A DNA stretch of 63,442 nucleotides, filler included, from Nitrospinae bacterium RIFCSPLOWO2_12_FULL_45_22 (GCA_001803565.1; 6 parts of 6 records of this genome joined end to end with filler, not necessarily neighbours in it), one strand, 5' to 3'; numbered from the whole stretch's first letter, positions 22,374 through 31,873 are shown. Notes: generated by a model not told the origin, from the sequence alone. Program-made: numbers and translations.

Positions 22374-23867
22374 TTATTCCCAGGAAACCAGCTTTTTGCC
22401 GGTTTCCCAAACCTTCTTCATATCTTCTTTGTAACCCAGCCTCTGCCATTGATGGCATACCCCTTCTATAACCCGCTCCGAGTATATATCCCAGAAGGAA
22501 GACCTAACGGGGATATCCCTGGTGGGAGACCAATCCAGGGGCCAGGTGCAGTCATAGACATTCCTGGCCGACTTCCCCCAGATCCTCTCCTCCATACTCA
22601 GATAAGGGGTCAAGGGCATGCCGACCTGATTATCATAAAAGGTCGTTCCTCTCCGGGGATGCCATTTGGTAGCCAATACATGCAGGACTTGGTCTAGGTC
22701 ATAAACATCAACATCCTCATCACATACAATGACATCACGGATAGCCATGCCGGTATTTTTTGTCCCGAAGAGCAGACTGGCTATAAGATTAGCCAGGTTG
22801 GATTGGGGCTTCTTAATGGATACCACCACAGTATGGCCCACCATTTCCGGGGGGACATGGAGCCCTAGCACCGGAATAGCATTGTCTTCCAGGACATTTA
22901 ACATATCAGAGCGGCAGAGGATAGCGAAGGCCATATGGGAATCATCTACCGGTACTCCTAGAGGCGAGTGGGTATGGATCGGGTTATTCCTGTAGGTTAT
23001 AGCTGTCACGTGGAAGGCGGTTCTGGGTGCCCGTGGAGATGTTCTATAACCGCTGTATTCACCCCAAGGTCCTTCATAAGCCCTATCCTCCAGCGTGGGG
23101 TTAACATACCCCTCGATGATAAACTCGGCATTAGCAGGGACATAAAGGGGTTGAGTGACACACTTTACTAGCTCTACTGGCTCAAGCCTCAATCCCCCGG
23201 CCCAATCTACCTCGCTGCGGCCTATACCATAAGGTGCCGCCGAGACAATAGTCGTTATCGGCTCTGTCCCTATAACAGTGGCCCAGGGCATCGGTTTTTT
23301 ATTGGGCAGGTATTTAGTATAAAACTGGTACCCTATATCTTGCATGGGCATTACCAGTCCGCCCAATATCCTTTCATTTTGGATCATCTGGCGGTACATC
23401 CCCCAGTTTATCCAATCGGTATCGTAATCTGGTGTAGCAATGAATTGCCAGGTAGCAATATAGCGGCCAGCATCACCATCATGGGGCATGGGTGACACAA
23501 TATCAAATAAGTTTACCTCGTCCCCGGTTATAACATTCTCCTGACAGGCGCCACGATTTACTATTATAGGCTTTATAGGATGCTTAATCCTTTGATGGTA
23601 AGCATCCAGGACCGTTGCCCGGTCGGAATCGGGGTCTAACCCAATAGCAATAGCTGCTTTACGGTAATTAGAAAAATATCCCCCCATCATCCTCTGGCCA
23701 GGATAGTCCTTAATATTCTCCATGAGGGGTGCCGGCGCATTGAGTTGACATGCCAGCCGGATAATGCCCCCGGCCTCCATATCCCAATCTACCTCGTCCT
23801 TTATCCTTATTAGTTCTCCATGTCTTTCTAAAGCATCTAAAAAATCCCTTAAATCTCTATAAGCCAT
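22374..23867 (-). CDS. UbiD-family (prFMN-dependent) carboxylase subunit 1 with intact Arg/Glu/Glu catalytic set
   Basis: MAYRDLRDFL, HDGDAGRY, WINWGMYR, GTEP, EGPWGEYSGY, CDEDVDVYD, YDCTWP. Confidence 0.92.
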   Translation of the reverse strand: MAYRDLRDFLDALERHGELIRIKDEVDWDMEAGGIIRLACQLNAPAPLMENIKDYPGQRMMGGYFSNYRKAAIAIGLDPDSDRATVLDAYHQRIKHPIKPIIVNRGACQENVITGDEVNLFDIVSPMPHDGDAGRYIATWQFIATPDYDTDWINWGMYRQMIQNERILGGLVMPMQDIGYQFYTKYLPNKKPMPWATVIGTEPITTIVSAAPYGIGRSEVDWAGGLRLEPVELVKCVTQPLYVPANAEFIIEGYVNPTLEDRAYEGPWGEYSGYRTSPRAPRTAFHVTAITYRNNPIHTHSPLGVPVDDSHMAFAILCRSDMLNVLEDNAIPVLGLHVPPEMVGHTVVVSIKKPQSNLANLIASLLFGTKNTGMAIRDVIVCDEDVDVYDLDQVLHVLATKWHPRRGTTFYDNQVGMPLTPYLSMEERIWGKSARNVYDCTWPLDWSPTRDIPVRSSFWDIYSERVIEGVCHQWQRLGYKEDMKKVWETGKKLVSWE

Positions 23868-23882
23868 CTTTACACCCCCTTC

Positions 23883-24842
23883 CTAATAACCAGCGCCATT
23901 GACTCCTATGCTTTCCAGTACCTTATCAGTAATGATTTTTGTGGCCTTTGCTGCTTCGGTTTCCGGAAAGGCTTTTACAAAAGGTATCCCTTCATCAGCA
24001 GTTTTACTCAAAGAACCATCCAAAGGAATTTTGCCTAAAAAAGGTGCTTCTAACTGCCTGGCAAGGCTCTCACCTCCTCCACTAGCCAGGATATCATTCT
24101 TATGGCCACAAAATCGGCAAATATGGCCACTCATATTTTCCACCACCCCCAGGATCCTGACATTAGCCTTCTTGCAAAGGAGAGCGGCCTTAAGGGCAAT
24201 CCCTTGAGAAACTACTGAGGGGATAGTAACCACTAAAGCACCATCTATGTCGGGTATGAATTCCATCGTATTTACCGAGTCAGCACTAGTTCCTGGGGGC
24301 AGGTCAATGATGAGAAAATCTCGTTCCCCATAATCTACATGGGACAAGAATTCCTCCGTGGCACCCCGCCTTAGATCGGTATACCAGGTGATGACCTGGT
24401 CTTTCTCCACCACATTCCCCATAGAGATTATCTGTATCCCCAGTGGACCTTCCACCGGTATGACCCCCTTATTGCCGATCTTAAGCCTTTCCCCCACAGT
24501 GCCCAACATCTTCGGCACACAGGAACCATCAAAATCAGAATCTAATATACTTACCCTGTATCCCCTTAAGGCCAGGTCCATAGAGAAATTAACTGAAACG
24601 GTTGTTTTTCCCACCCCACCTTTGCCACCAACAATGGCGATCTTGTGCTTTATCCTTTTCATCTTTTCCTTAACCAGGCCCATACGGCCGGCATTATATA
24701 TCTCCCATTTTCTGGGGCTGCGGCAATCGAAGAATCTCTCGCATTTGTCACACATGATGCCCCCAAATTCATTCACCGGGCAAGAGAAATCCACATTAAA
24801 TCTTTCCACCGTTAGAGTAATTTTGTTAGATTCCTTCTCCAT
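23883..24842 (-). CDS. Mrp/NBP35-family P-loop ATPase with N-terminal 4-Cys motif (copy 1)
   Basis: GGKGGVGKT, IDLPPGT, GVVENMS, CRFC; N-terminal C-x9-C-x2-C-x5-C. Confidence 0.9.
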   Translation of the reverse strand: MEKESNKITLTVERFNVDFSCPVNEFGGIMCDKCERFFDCRSPRKWEIYNAGRMGLVKEKMKRIKHKIAIVGGKGGVGKTTVSVNFSMDLALRGYRVSILDSDFDGSCVPKMLGTVGERLKIGNKGVIPVEGPLGIQIISMGNVVEKDQVITWYTDLRRGATEEFLSHVDYGERDFLIIDLPPGTSADSVNTMEFIPDIDGALVVTIPSVVSQGIALKAALLCKKANVRILGVVENMSGHICRFCGHKNDILASGGGESLARQLEAPFLGKIPLDGSLSKTADEGIPFVKAFPETEAAKATKIITDKVLESIGVNGAGY

Positions 24843-24953
24843 AGGTTATCTTTCCTCCTCTTCATCAATCAGCGCAGAAAGCACACCTCTTACACCCTGG
24901 CGTTTTCTGCCATCGGTAAGTGAATAGTTACCACAAAGAATAGCCACACCCTA

Positions 24954-25391
24954 TTAATAAGGGAGTGTTATCATTGGTAATAGAGAACTTAGCACTTCAT
25001 ATGAAGGCTCTTTATGGACAAGGATTGCTTTATACCCCATAGCCGACGCCACTATCCATGATTGCGCCGTGGTGAGCCCCAAGCTAGCCTTTATATCCCC
25101 GGCCTTTATTGTTATCCTCTCATCTATACCCACTATCTCTACCGGTAGCACCTTCATATAGAGGTAAAAATCTCGTGCACTTTCTTCGTTTCCTTCCTTC
25201 AAGATAGAATGATAACCCTCCATGATACTCATAAAAGATGCTAAAACCCTGGCCCTGTTTATATAAGCCTCTCTCAAGATCTTTTCTACCTCATCAGCCC
25301 CTTTTTCATTCTCTATGAAGGTCATTAACGCCGTTGTATCCAAAAGATATAATCTTTCCCTATCTGAATTATCCCTTGCCTTTCCTTTCAA
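24954..25391 (-). CDS. PIN-domain (VapC-like) protein with degenerate acidic motif
   Basis: YLLDTTAL, GADEVE, SIMEGY, LTTAQSWIVA, LVHKEPSY; overlaps the upstream AbrB gene. Confidence 0.8.
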   Translation of the reverse strand: MKGKARDNSDRERLYLLDTTALMTFIENEKGADEVEKILREAYINRARVLASFMSIMEGYHSILKEGNEESARDFYLYMKVLPVEIVGIDERITIKAGDIKASLGLTTAQSWIVASAMGYKAILVHKEPSYEVLSSLLPMITLPY

Positions 25392-25611
25392 TACCTCTCT
25401 CTCCTTCCCGCCCTTCAGATAAGGATTTAGAAAGACCGCGTCCCTTATACATACCCCGCACCATAGCGATAGGATCTTCCGGTACAGGAACTACTATCAT
25501 TACCTTTCCGCCATCTATCCACTCCAGTTGGGATTTGGAGGTGATGTTAAATTTCTTGCGCATCTCTGTGGGTATAACGGTCTGGAATCTGGCTGATACC
25601 TTGGTTTTCAC
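25369..25611 (-). CDS. AbrB/MazE/SpoVT-family DNA-binding antitoxin
   Basis: KVSARFQTVIPTEMRKKFNI...LEW...IVVPVPEDPI...RG; upstream of the PIN gene. Confidence 0.85.
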   Translation of the reverse strand: MKTKVSARFQTVIPTEMRKKFNITSKSQLEWIDGGKVMIVVPVPEDPIAMVRGMYKGRGLSKSLSEGREGERGIERKGKG

Positions 25612-25651
25612 CGGACACCCCTTTGCTTTATCGGTTTTCCAATATTAATAG

Positions 25652-25699
25652 TTGTATACGTTATTTTGCTATTATACAAAGCAAAAATAAATATTGCAA
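25652..25699 (-). promoter_or_regulatory. Sigma70 promoter with overlapping palindromic operator for abrB-PIN, possibly also for the UbiD operon
   Basis: Minus strand TTGCAA (25699-25694)-17-TATAAT (25676-25671). Inverted repeat TTGTATA (25652-25658)...TATACAA (25673-25679) overlaps the -10. Confidence 0.7.
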
Positions 25700-25713
25700 G
25701 ACAAATTAATTTT

Positions 25714-27942
25714 TTATTTTGTCTTGAAGGTAAATATACCATCCCAGTCTGTGGGGGGTGGGGATTGGATAAGCTGGTCACAACGGGATAAATAGAGTTG
25801 AGAGGGGTGGTCCTGGGGGTTTAATTGGAGGGCTTTTTGAAAGAGGGCGATAGCTTCAAGCCAGTTTTTTTGCCGGTAATAGGCCAGGGCCTTATGAAAG
25901 AGAGTTACCAATTCCTGGTCTTTATCAGGAGCGTCTAGCCGGTTTAGTACTTCATATATCCTTACTGGTTTATCTTTCCCTTTTACCCTTACCAGGTCTA
26001 ACTCACGGCAGAGGATCTGGTCTTTAATATTTTCATAGGTAAATTCGCTAATGATAATATTAGTCCCGTATTCTTTATTTAAACCTTCCAGGCGGGAACC
26101 CAGATTGACATTATCTCCTAAGACGGTATAATCAAACCGGCTCTCTGAGCCCATGTTTCCTACTACCATCCAGCCGGTATTAATTCCTATCCCGGCTGCT
26201 AATTTAGGGGTACCGGGTGTTTGCTCTTCTTTCTGCATTTCATATAATTCCTGAGTCATATCTAAAGCGGCCAGACAGGCCCTTAAGGCATGGTCTTGCT
26301 GGGGTAACGGGGCGCCAAAGATAGCCATAATGGCATCACCCATATATTTATCTACCAGGCCTTCGTGGCGGAAGACAAGATTGGTCATCCGGGTCAGATA
26401 TTGATTGAGAAAGTGCACCAGGGCTTCAGGCTCCATCTGTTCAGAGATAGTAGTAAAACCGCGGATATCAGAGAATAATACGGTAAGTTCTTTCTTTTCC
26501 CCACCTAAGCGCAGTTGCTCGGGGTTCTTCAACATCTCGCTTACCACCGAAGGGGCTACATAATACTGGAAGGCCCCCCGGATCTTCCTCTTCTCCCGCT
26601 CCTCAGTCATATAGTTAAAGGCTGTTATCCCCAGATAGACCAAAACTATATTTAAGCCAGGATAGACAATGCCCAACCACTGGTTGAACCGCTGGAAGAA
26701 ATACCGGTCAATAAAGAAATAGGCCAGGAACACCAGGACAACAAATAAGAAGCCCCAGGTTGCCCTTATCCTCCCCAGTGTAAGGGAAAGTATCAAGCCG
26801 GTTAAGATAATGGCTATGATATTAAGGATCGCAGTCCAGTTAGGCCGGGTAAGGTAGTCCTGGTGGAGTAAATTATCAATGATATTGGCATGGATTTCTA
26901 AGCCCGGGAAGACACTGCTGAACGGCATGACTCGTAAATCATAAATACCCACCGCAGTAGCACCAATGAGGGCGATCTTATCTTTAAATAAGGTGGGCGA
27001 GAGCCGTCCTTTGAGTAGGTCAGAGAACGAATAATGCGGAAAGGTCTTGGCCTGGCCCCGATAATTAATCAGTAACCGGCCCTGTTCATTGGTAAGGAGG
27101 CGATGCTGGCCCAGGCGGATCTCCTCTACGCCAAAGTCTGCTACCTGGACCGATAAAGTTTCTTCTTCCAGATATTTTTTCACTATTTCTACGGTAAAAG
27201 GAGAATAGAGTTGGTCATGGTATTTAACTACCAGGGGAATGGAGCGGATAGAACCGTCCTGATCCGGAAAGATATTAAAAAAGCCAGAACCACTTACTGC
27301 AGCCGCTAATGAGGGTAGGGGACTCTCGACGGCAAAGGCCTTTACCAGTGGGAAGTCTTTGGCTCTACGGGATTTGAAGCGTGTAAGTGAATAGCCCGTA
27401 GGGAGGTCCTGGTCTTTTTGGGCTACGGTTTTCTGGCCGGTTAGCTCCTCGGGTGAGGTATAGAAGAAATAGCCCAGCACTACTTTTCCGGCCTTCTTTA
27501 TGGCCTGGGCTAACAACTCATCGGGTGAGCGCTCCTTTTCCCAGGACTCTAACCACTGCTCTAATGACGGTTCCTTTAAGCCTAGATCCCGAACTTTCTC
27601 TTTAAAAGACTGTACTGTCCTTGAGTCGCTTTCTTGCTCGGGCTCGGAAAAAACTATATCTATGCCGATGACCTTTACGCCATATTGGCTCAGGAGGTCT
27701 AATCCCTGGGCTATCACCCGTCTGGACCATGGCCACCGGCCTAATTCATCAAGGCTCTTCTCATCTATGGTTACCAGAACTATCTCGCTGCCTGGCTTTT
27801 CTGTTCCACGGGCCAGGAACTGTAAATCCAGGGCCTTTAACTCGATGAATTCCAGGAAGGGTATCTTGAGTAAGTAGAGGCAAACTACACCCAGGGTAAT
27901 TAAGACCCCTAGCTTAAAGGCATTTATCCGCCATAGCTTCAT
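25714..27942 (-). CDS. CHASE2-domain class III adenylate/guanylate cyclase with C-terminal TPR
   Basis: IDEKSL...GRWPW (CHASE2), PGLEIHA, three TM helices, LFSDIRGFT, DKYMGDAIMA, GDNVNLGSRLEG, VKGK. Confidence 0.93.
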   Translation of the reverse strand: MKLWRINAFKLGVLITLGVVCLYLLKIPFLEFIELKALDLQFLARGTEKPGSEIVLVTIDEKSLDELGRWPWSRRVIAQGLDLLSQYGVKVIGIDIVFSEPEQESDSRTVQSFKEKVRDLGLKEPSLEQWLESWEKERSPDELLAQAIKKAGKVVLGYFFYTSPEELTGQKTVAQKDQDLPTGYSLTRFKSRRAKDFPLVKAFAVESPLPSLAAAVSGSGFFNIFPDQDGSIRSIPLVVKYHDQLYSPFTVEIVKKYLEEETLSVQVADFGVEEIRLGQHRLLTNEQGRLLINYRGQAKTFPHYSFSDLLKGRLSPTLFKDKIALIGATAVGIYDLRVMPFSSVFPGLEIHANIIDNLLHQDYLTRPNWTAILNIIAIILTGLILSLTLGRIRATWGFLFVVLVFLAYFFIDRYFFQRFNQWLGIVYPGLNIVLVYLGITAFNYMTEEREKRKIRGAFQYYVAPSVVSEMLKNPEQLRLGGEKKELTVLFSDIRGFTTISEQMEPEALVHFLNQYLTRMTNLVFRHEGLVDKYMGDAIMAIFGAPLPQQDHALRACLAALDMTQELYEMQKEEQTPGTPKLAAGIGINTGWMVVGNMGSESRFDYTVLGDNVNLGSRLEGLNKEYGTNIIISEFTYENIKDQILCRELDLVRVKGKDKPVRIYEVLNRLDAPDKDQELVTLFHKALAYYRQKNWLEAIALFQKALQLNPQDHPSQLYLSRCDQLIQSPPPTDWDGIFTFKTK

Positions 27943-27991
27943 CTGGCAAAGCGACCGATTGCTAACAGGGCTGTGATCAACCTATTAATAG

Positions 27992-28091
27992 NNNNNNNNN
28001 NNNNNNNNNNNNNNNNNNNNNNNNNNNNNNNNNNNTTAATTAATTAANNNNNNNNNNNNNNNNNNNNNNNNNNNNNNNNNNNNNNNNNNNN
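27992..28091. other. Artificial contig junction
   Basis: N run containing TTAATTAATTAA. Confidence 0.98.
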
Positions 28092-28147
28092 TTAAGTACC
28101 AAAATTTTCATCGTTTTTTATTTTAATGCGAGTTTAGAAATCCTCGC

Positions 28148-29146
28148 TCATGGAGAGTTGAATCCCTTGTTAATGCGGGAGGCATACTTTTTCTTTAGCC
28201 ACCCCCCTATATCTTCTTTGATCCTCCAGTATTCACAGTTCCTACAGAAGGGGACTTCCTCGAGGCAGCCCGCGATATGGGCATGCCGGAGTCCTTCCAT
28301 ATTATGGCCATTCCAGTGTTGATAAAGGGTCCTGTCATTTATTGACCCAAATATCCCCGCTCCGTCGTAATCTATGCAGCATGGTGATAAGCTACCATCC
28401 CAATTTATAACGGCTGTGTACCAAAGAAGAGAGCATGGATACCTCTCACAGACTGGTATCCCATCAGGACTCAGGTCTTCTATAGCCCCCTTCCATGTAT
28501 GAAAAGGTATTACCTCCACGAAATCCGCCACACTCTCCCATTTCTTAAAGAAGGCTTCCCTTTCGCCGCAATTTTCTCTGAGGTCAACCATCCTCACCCT
28601 GATTATGGGTTTTGACCTTCCCAGTTCCTTTCTAAGATTAAGAAGTCCCCTTACGTTTTCCTCTACTTCTTCTAGCGACCCGGAGCTCTTTAGCTGCCTG
28701 TAAGTAGTCTCTTTAGCGGCATCAAGACTAATAGATATATCGTCAATGCCTGATCTTATGAGCTCCCTGGCTCTTTTTGGTGAAAGAAGAACGCCATTTG
28801 TTATAACAGAAACCATTTTTGCCACTCGCTTTGCTTTAGCCATCCTGATCATCGACTCCAGTTCAGGGTGAAGCAAAGGCTCACCATCTTTTTGAAGGAA
28901 TAGCCTGAATACAATACCGAATTCTTTTATATCATTGATTATCTTCTCGAAGGTCTCCATCTCCATATAGCCTATTTTTCTATTGCTGAACCTGCGCGGG
29001 CACATCACACATTTGAGATTGCAGGCGTTAGTTGGCTCCACGTTTATGATCAGTGGATAGTCAAGAGGAATGAGGTTTTTAATAAGCATTACCCTCAGGT
29101 TCATCCACCTTTTAATTCTCTCTGGATCTCTTATGAACTTTAACAT
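28148..29146 (-). CDS. Radical SAM protein with SPASM/twitch domain
   Basis: EPTNACNLKCVMC, GEPLL, TNG; C-terminal PC...PCC...CRNC. Confidence 0.9.
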   Translation of the reverse strand: MLKFIRDPERIKRWMNLRVMLIKNLIPLDYPLIINVEPTNACNLKCVMCPRRFSNRKIGYMEMETFEKIINDIKEFGIVFRLFLQKDGEPLLHPELESMIRMAKAKRVAKMVSVITNGVLLSPKRARELIRSGIDDISISLDAAKETTYRQLKSSGSLEEVEENVRGLLNLRKELGRSKPIIRVRMVDLRENCGEREAFFKKWESVADFVEVIPFHTWKGAIEDLSPDGIPVCERYPCSLLWYTAVINWDGSLSPCCIDYDGAGIFGSINDRTLYQHWNGHNMEGLRHAHIAGCLEEVPFCRNCEYWRIKEDIGGWLKKKYASRINKGFNSP

Positions 29147-29246
29147 TTTATCTACCTAAATAGACGATCCCGGCAAATTAATCGTATTCATCGCATTCTT
29201 TTTGCTCGAGTTTAGATGGCCGATAAGGCCACCTTCGCAGGGTCAC

Positions 29247-30734
29247 TCATCTTTTGCCTCTGCGGAATAAGTAGTTTTCCAATACCACACGCCCTAAACG
29301 CTCCGTTATCCTCGTTGAACGCAGTGCTGAATATGCCCATATCAAAATTGGGTAAATTGATAAAGCAACTGGTTGAGCTTTTAATACTTTGTCAGCAATA
29401 TTTTCTAAAAACTCCCTCCTATGCGGTCCTAAGGAGTATATCCTCCTATAAAGGGCAACAAGAAGAGGGAAGTACTTATGAATAAACAAAATCTGCCACC
29501 TATTTATCCGCCCCACCTTGAGAACTGTATCATGGCCATAGCTTGGAATTTCTTTTCTGGTTATCAATCCACGTTCAAGACTGAAGCGGTGGAGCTGTGT
29601 GCCGGGATAAGGGTAAAATATGGTGCTAACGACCTTATCCACAAGCAATCTTGCGTTGATCTTGACAGTCTCAAGCATATCACTCATGCTCTCATTAGGC
29701 AGGCCAACCATATTGAAAGAGAATGATTTAATACCAGCTCTTTTGCAGGCTTCAAACGCCCCGGAGAGCTTTTCATTTGTGACGGCTCTCCTGAGAAGTT
29801 TTATCCTGAGCTCTTGATTCCCCGTCTCTATTCCCATTTGTACCTGTTCACATCCCGCCTCATGAAGCAGGGCCATAACTTCATCATTAGCCATTGTGGG
29901 GGAGAGATTACAAATAAAAGGGATAGATATCTCATTTTTGTAGACTTTCGTGAATTCTCTAAACCAATTCATCCTCAAAGGAAGTATGTCATCCTCAAAA
30001 TAAACCTTTTTGACAAATGGATGATCTTTGAGTTCCCTTTTTATCTCTTCTATCAAGTAGTCAACTTTTTTAAAGCGGACATATTCATCGACATTACATT
30101 GGTAAACTTTGCGAAGGGCTTGATTGCAACAGTAGTTGCAATTATAAGGACAACCTTTTGAGGCGAGAAAGGCACCCCTTCCCTGCCTTGCATATTCGAG
30201 GTTGCTGTAATCAAAGAGCGCTTTATCTGGAAAGGGAAGATTGCTCAAATCAACAAGGGGTCGAACCGGATTTCTAAAAACACTATTATTCTGAATAGCC
30301 CATATGTTTTGTATGTGCCGCGGATCCGCCTCAGCCTCAAGCGCATTGCATAATTCGGCCATCGGCTCTTCCCCTTCACCAATACAGAGATAATCAAATA
30401 CACCCATGGTAGCGACATTTTCCGCGTCCAAAGTTACATGTGTTCCACCCAGAACCATTTTTGTGGCGGATAAAATTTCTCTTGCCCATCTGGCGAGGTT
30501 GAGGGCCAGAGGAAATTGGTTTGTAGTAGCGGTAAACCCAAGAATGTCAGGGCTCTTTTCCTCCAGCATGCCAAAAAACTCCTGCTTAGTTATTTTACCT
30601 TTCACATGGATAAGGGCTGTGTGGTGGCCTGAAGCCTTAAGCACTGCCGATATGGATGCCAGCCCATGATGATATGAACCGGGCCATCCGCGCCCTCTCC
30701 CAATCACATCAGGATATACGATGACCACCCTCAT
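29247..30734 (-). CDS. Cobalamin-binding (class B) radical SAM protein
   Basis: N-terminal B12 domain (GLASISAVL, LGGTHVT, IGEGE), SKGCPYNCNYC, GIETGN. Confidence 0.9.
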   Translation of the reverse strand: MRVVIVYPDVIGRGRGWPGSYHHGLASISAVLKASGHHTALIHVKGKITKQEFFGMLEEKSPDILGFTATTNQFPLALNLARWAREILSATKMVLGGTHVTLDAENVATMGVFDYLCIGEGEEPMAELCNALEAEADPRHIQNIWAIQNNSVFRNPVRPLVDLSNLPFPDKALFDYSNLEYARQGRGAFLASKGCPYNCNYCCNQALRKVYQCNVDEYVRFKKVDYLIEEIKRELKDHPFVKKVYFEDDILPLRMNWFREFTKVYKNEISIPFICNLSPTMANDEVMALLHEAGCEQVQMGIETGNQELRIKLLRRAVTNEKLSGAFEACKRAGIKSFSFNMVGLPNESMSDMLETVKINARLLVDKVVSTIFYPYPGTQLHRFSLERGLITRKEIPSYGHDTVLKVGRINRWQILFIHKYFPLLVALYRRIYSLGPHRREFLENIADKVLKAQPVALSIYPILIWAYSALRSTRITERLGRVVLENYLFRRGKR

Positions 30735-31873
30735 CTTTCCCGCGCCTTTCTGGATCCAAAAGAGAAAGTTCTGCTAATATGTTTTTTTAAATTAGAAGAT
30801 ATGAATTTGGCATGCCTCTGTATCGAGGGCAATGATTCACAATCGGTCCAGCAGTGACAATTTCCTTTAGCTATGGACTTCCTAATTTCAGCAGCCTTAG
30901 GCGAATTCCATACACTATCAAAGCCATTATCAAGAGCGGAACCGATGCGCCTGTCCAAGCTTAAACACGGGTATACCATCCCGTATGGGTCCATGAAAAA
31001 GGAATGGGTACCAGAATAACAGTTCAGGGTCCTTCTTGGCAGAAACATGTAGTCAGCCATTTTCTCAAAAAAGAAAATGTCTGAGTTTACAATTTTACCC
31101 AGCAAGCCCCGTCGCTTCTGGATCTCTCCGATCACCTTAAATACCCGGCGTTCAGCTTCCGAAAGTTCCTCCACTTTCCATCCATTCCTGGGTCCATGAA
31201 TGCCGTAATAAAAACTATCATTCATTTCAGCAAACCGCATCGTCATTGAAAATCCACGGGACTGAGCATAATAATAGACTTCCAAAAGCTCACGATAGTT
31301 CCAAGGAACCAGGGTAAAAGAGATGATCAACCTTACTGAGGGAGATAGTTCCCTTACCTGATTAAGTGTTTCTTCAGCCGCCTCAAAGGCACCCGCCCTT
31401 CCCCTTACCTTATCATGAGTTTCCCTTAGCCCGTCCAAAGAAACAAGGAAGTTTAGTCGCGAGGGGTCTATCGCGGAAAATATTTTTGCCATGTTCTCTT
31501 TTATCAAAGCCGGATTTTGCCCATTAGTGGTAATGTCAAAAATGGAGTATGGATAATGCCTGGAAAAGAAAAGAAAAATTTCGGCGAAGTCCTTCCTCAG
31601 AAAAGGTTCTCCTCCAATGAACGATATTTTCTCCACCTTGCGCAAAGCCATAGAGTTTAAAAATATTTTTTCAATCTGCTCGAGATTCATCTCCCCTTTT
31701 TGCAATGCTGAATTTTCCCTGTACTTTTTCCATATATGACACATAGTACATTCGCAATTACACATATAAGTAACAGCAAAAGTTAGCTTTTTTATTTTCT
31801 TTGGCGATGGGGCCGTCAAAATACCTGAAGCGAGGCGAAACCCTTTCAATATCGTTGAAGCATTTCCCCTCAT
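30731..31873 (-). CDS. Radical SAM protein with SPASM/twitch domain
   Basis: TYMCNCECTMC, GGEPFLR, VSLDG, CYSG...VYPC...CHCWTDC. Confidence 0.9.
   Translation of the reverse strand: MRGNASTILKGFRLASGILTAPSPKKIKKLTFAVTYMCNCECTMCHIWKKYRENSALQKGEMNLEQIEKIFLNSMALRKVEKISFIGGEPFLRKDFAEIFLFFSRHYPYSIFDITTNGQNPALIKENMAKIFSAIDPSRLNFLVSLDGLRETHDKVRGRAGAFEAAEETLNQVRELSPSVRLIISFTLVPWNYRELLEVYYYAQSRGFSMTMRFAEMNDSFYYGIHGPRNGWKVEELSEAERRVFKVIGEIQKRRGLLGKIVNSDIFFFEKMADYMFLPRRTLNCYSGTHSFFMDPYGMVYPCLSLDRRIGSALDNGFDSVWNSPKAAEIRKSIAKGNCHCWTDCESLPSIQRHAKFISSNLKKHISRTFSFGSRKARER

Noticed and set aside
20278-23867. Naming the UbiDs ppcA/ppcB or ubiquinone ubiD
   Set aside because: No delta subunit or phenylphosphate synthase is on the contig, Mrp ATPases are present instead, and the paralogues are very similar to each other. 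A phylogeny is needed before assigning symbols.
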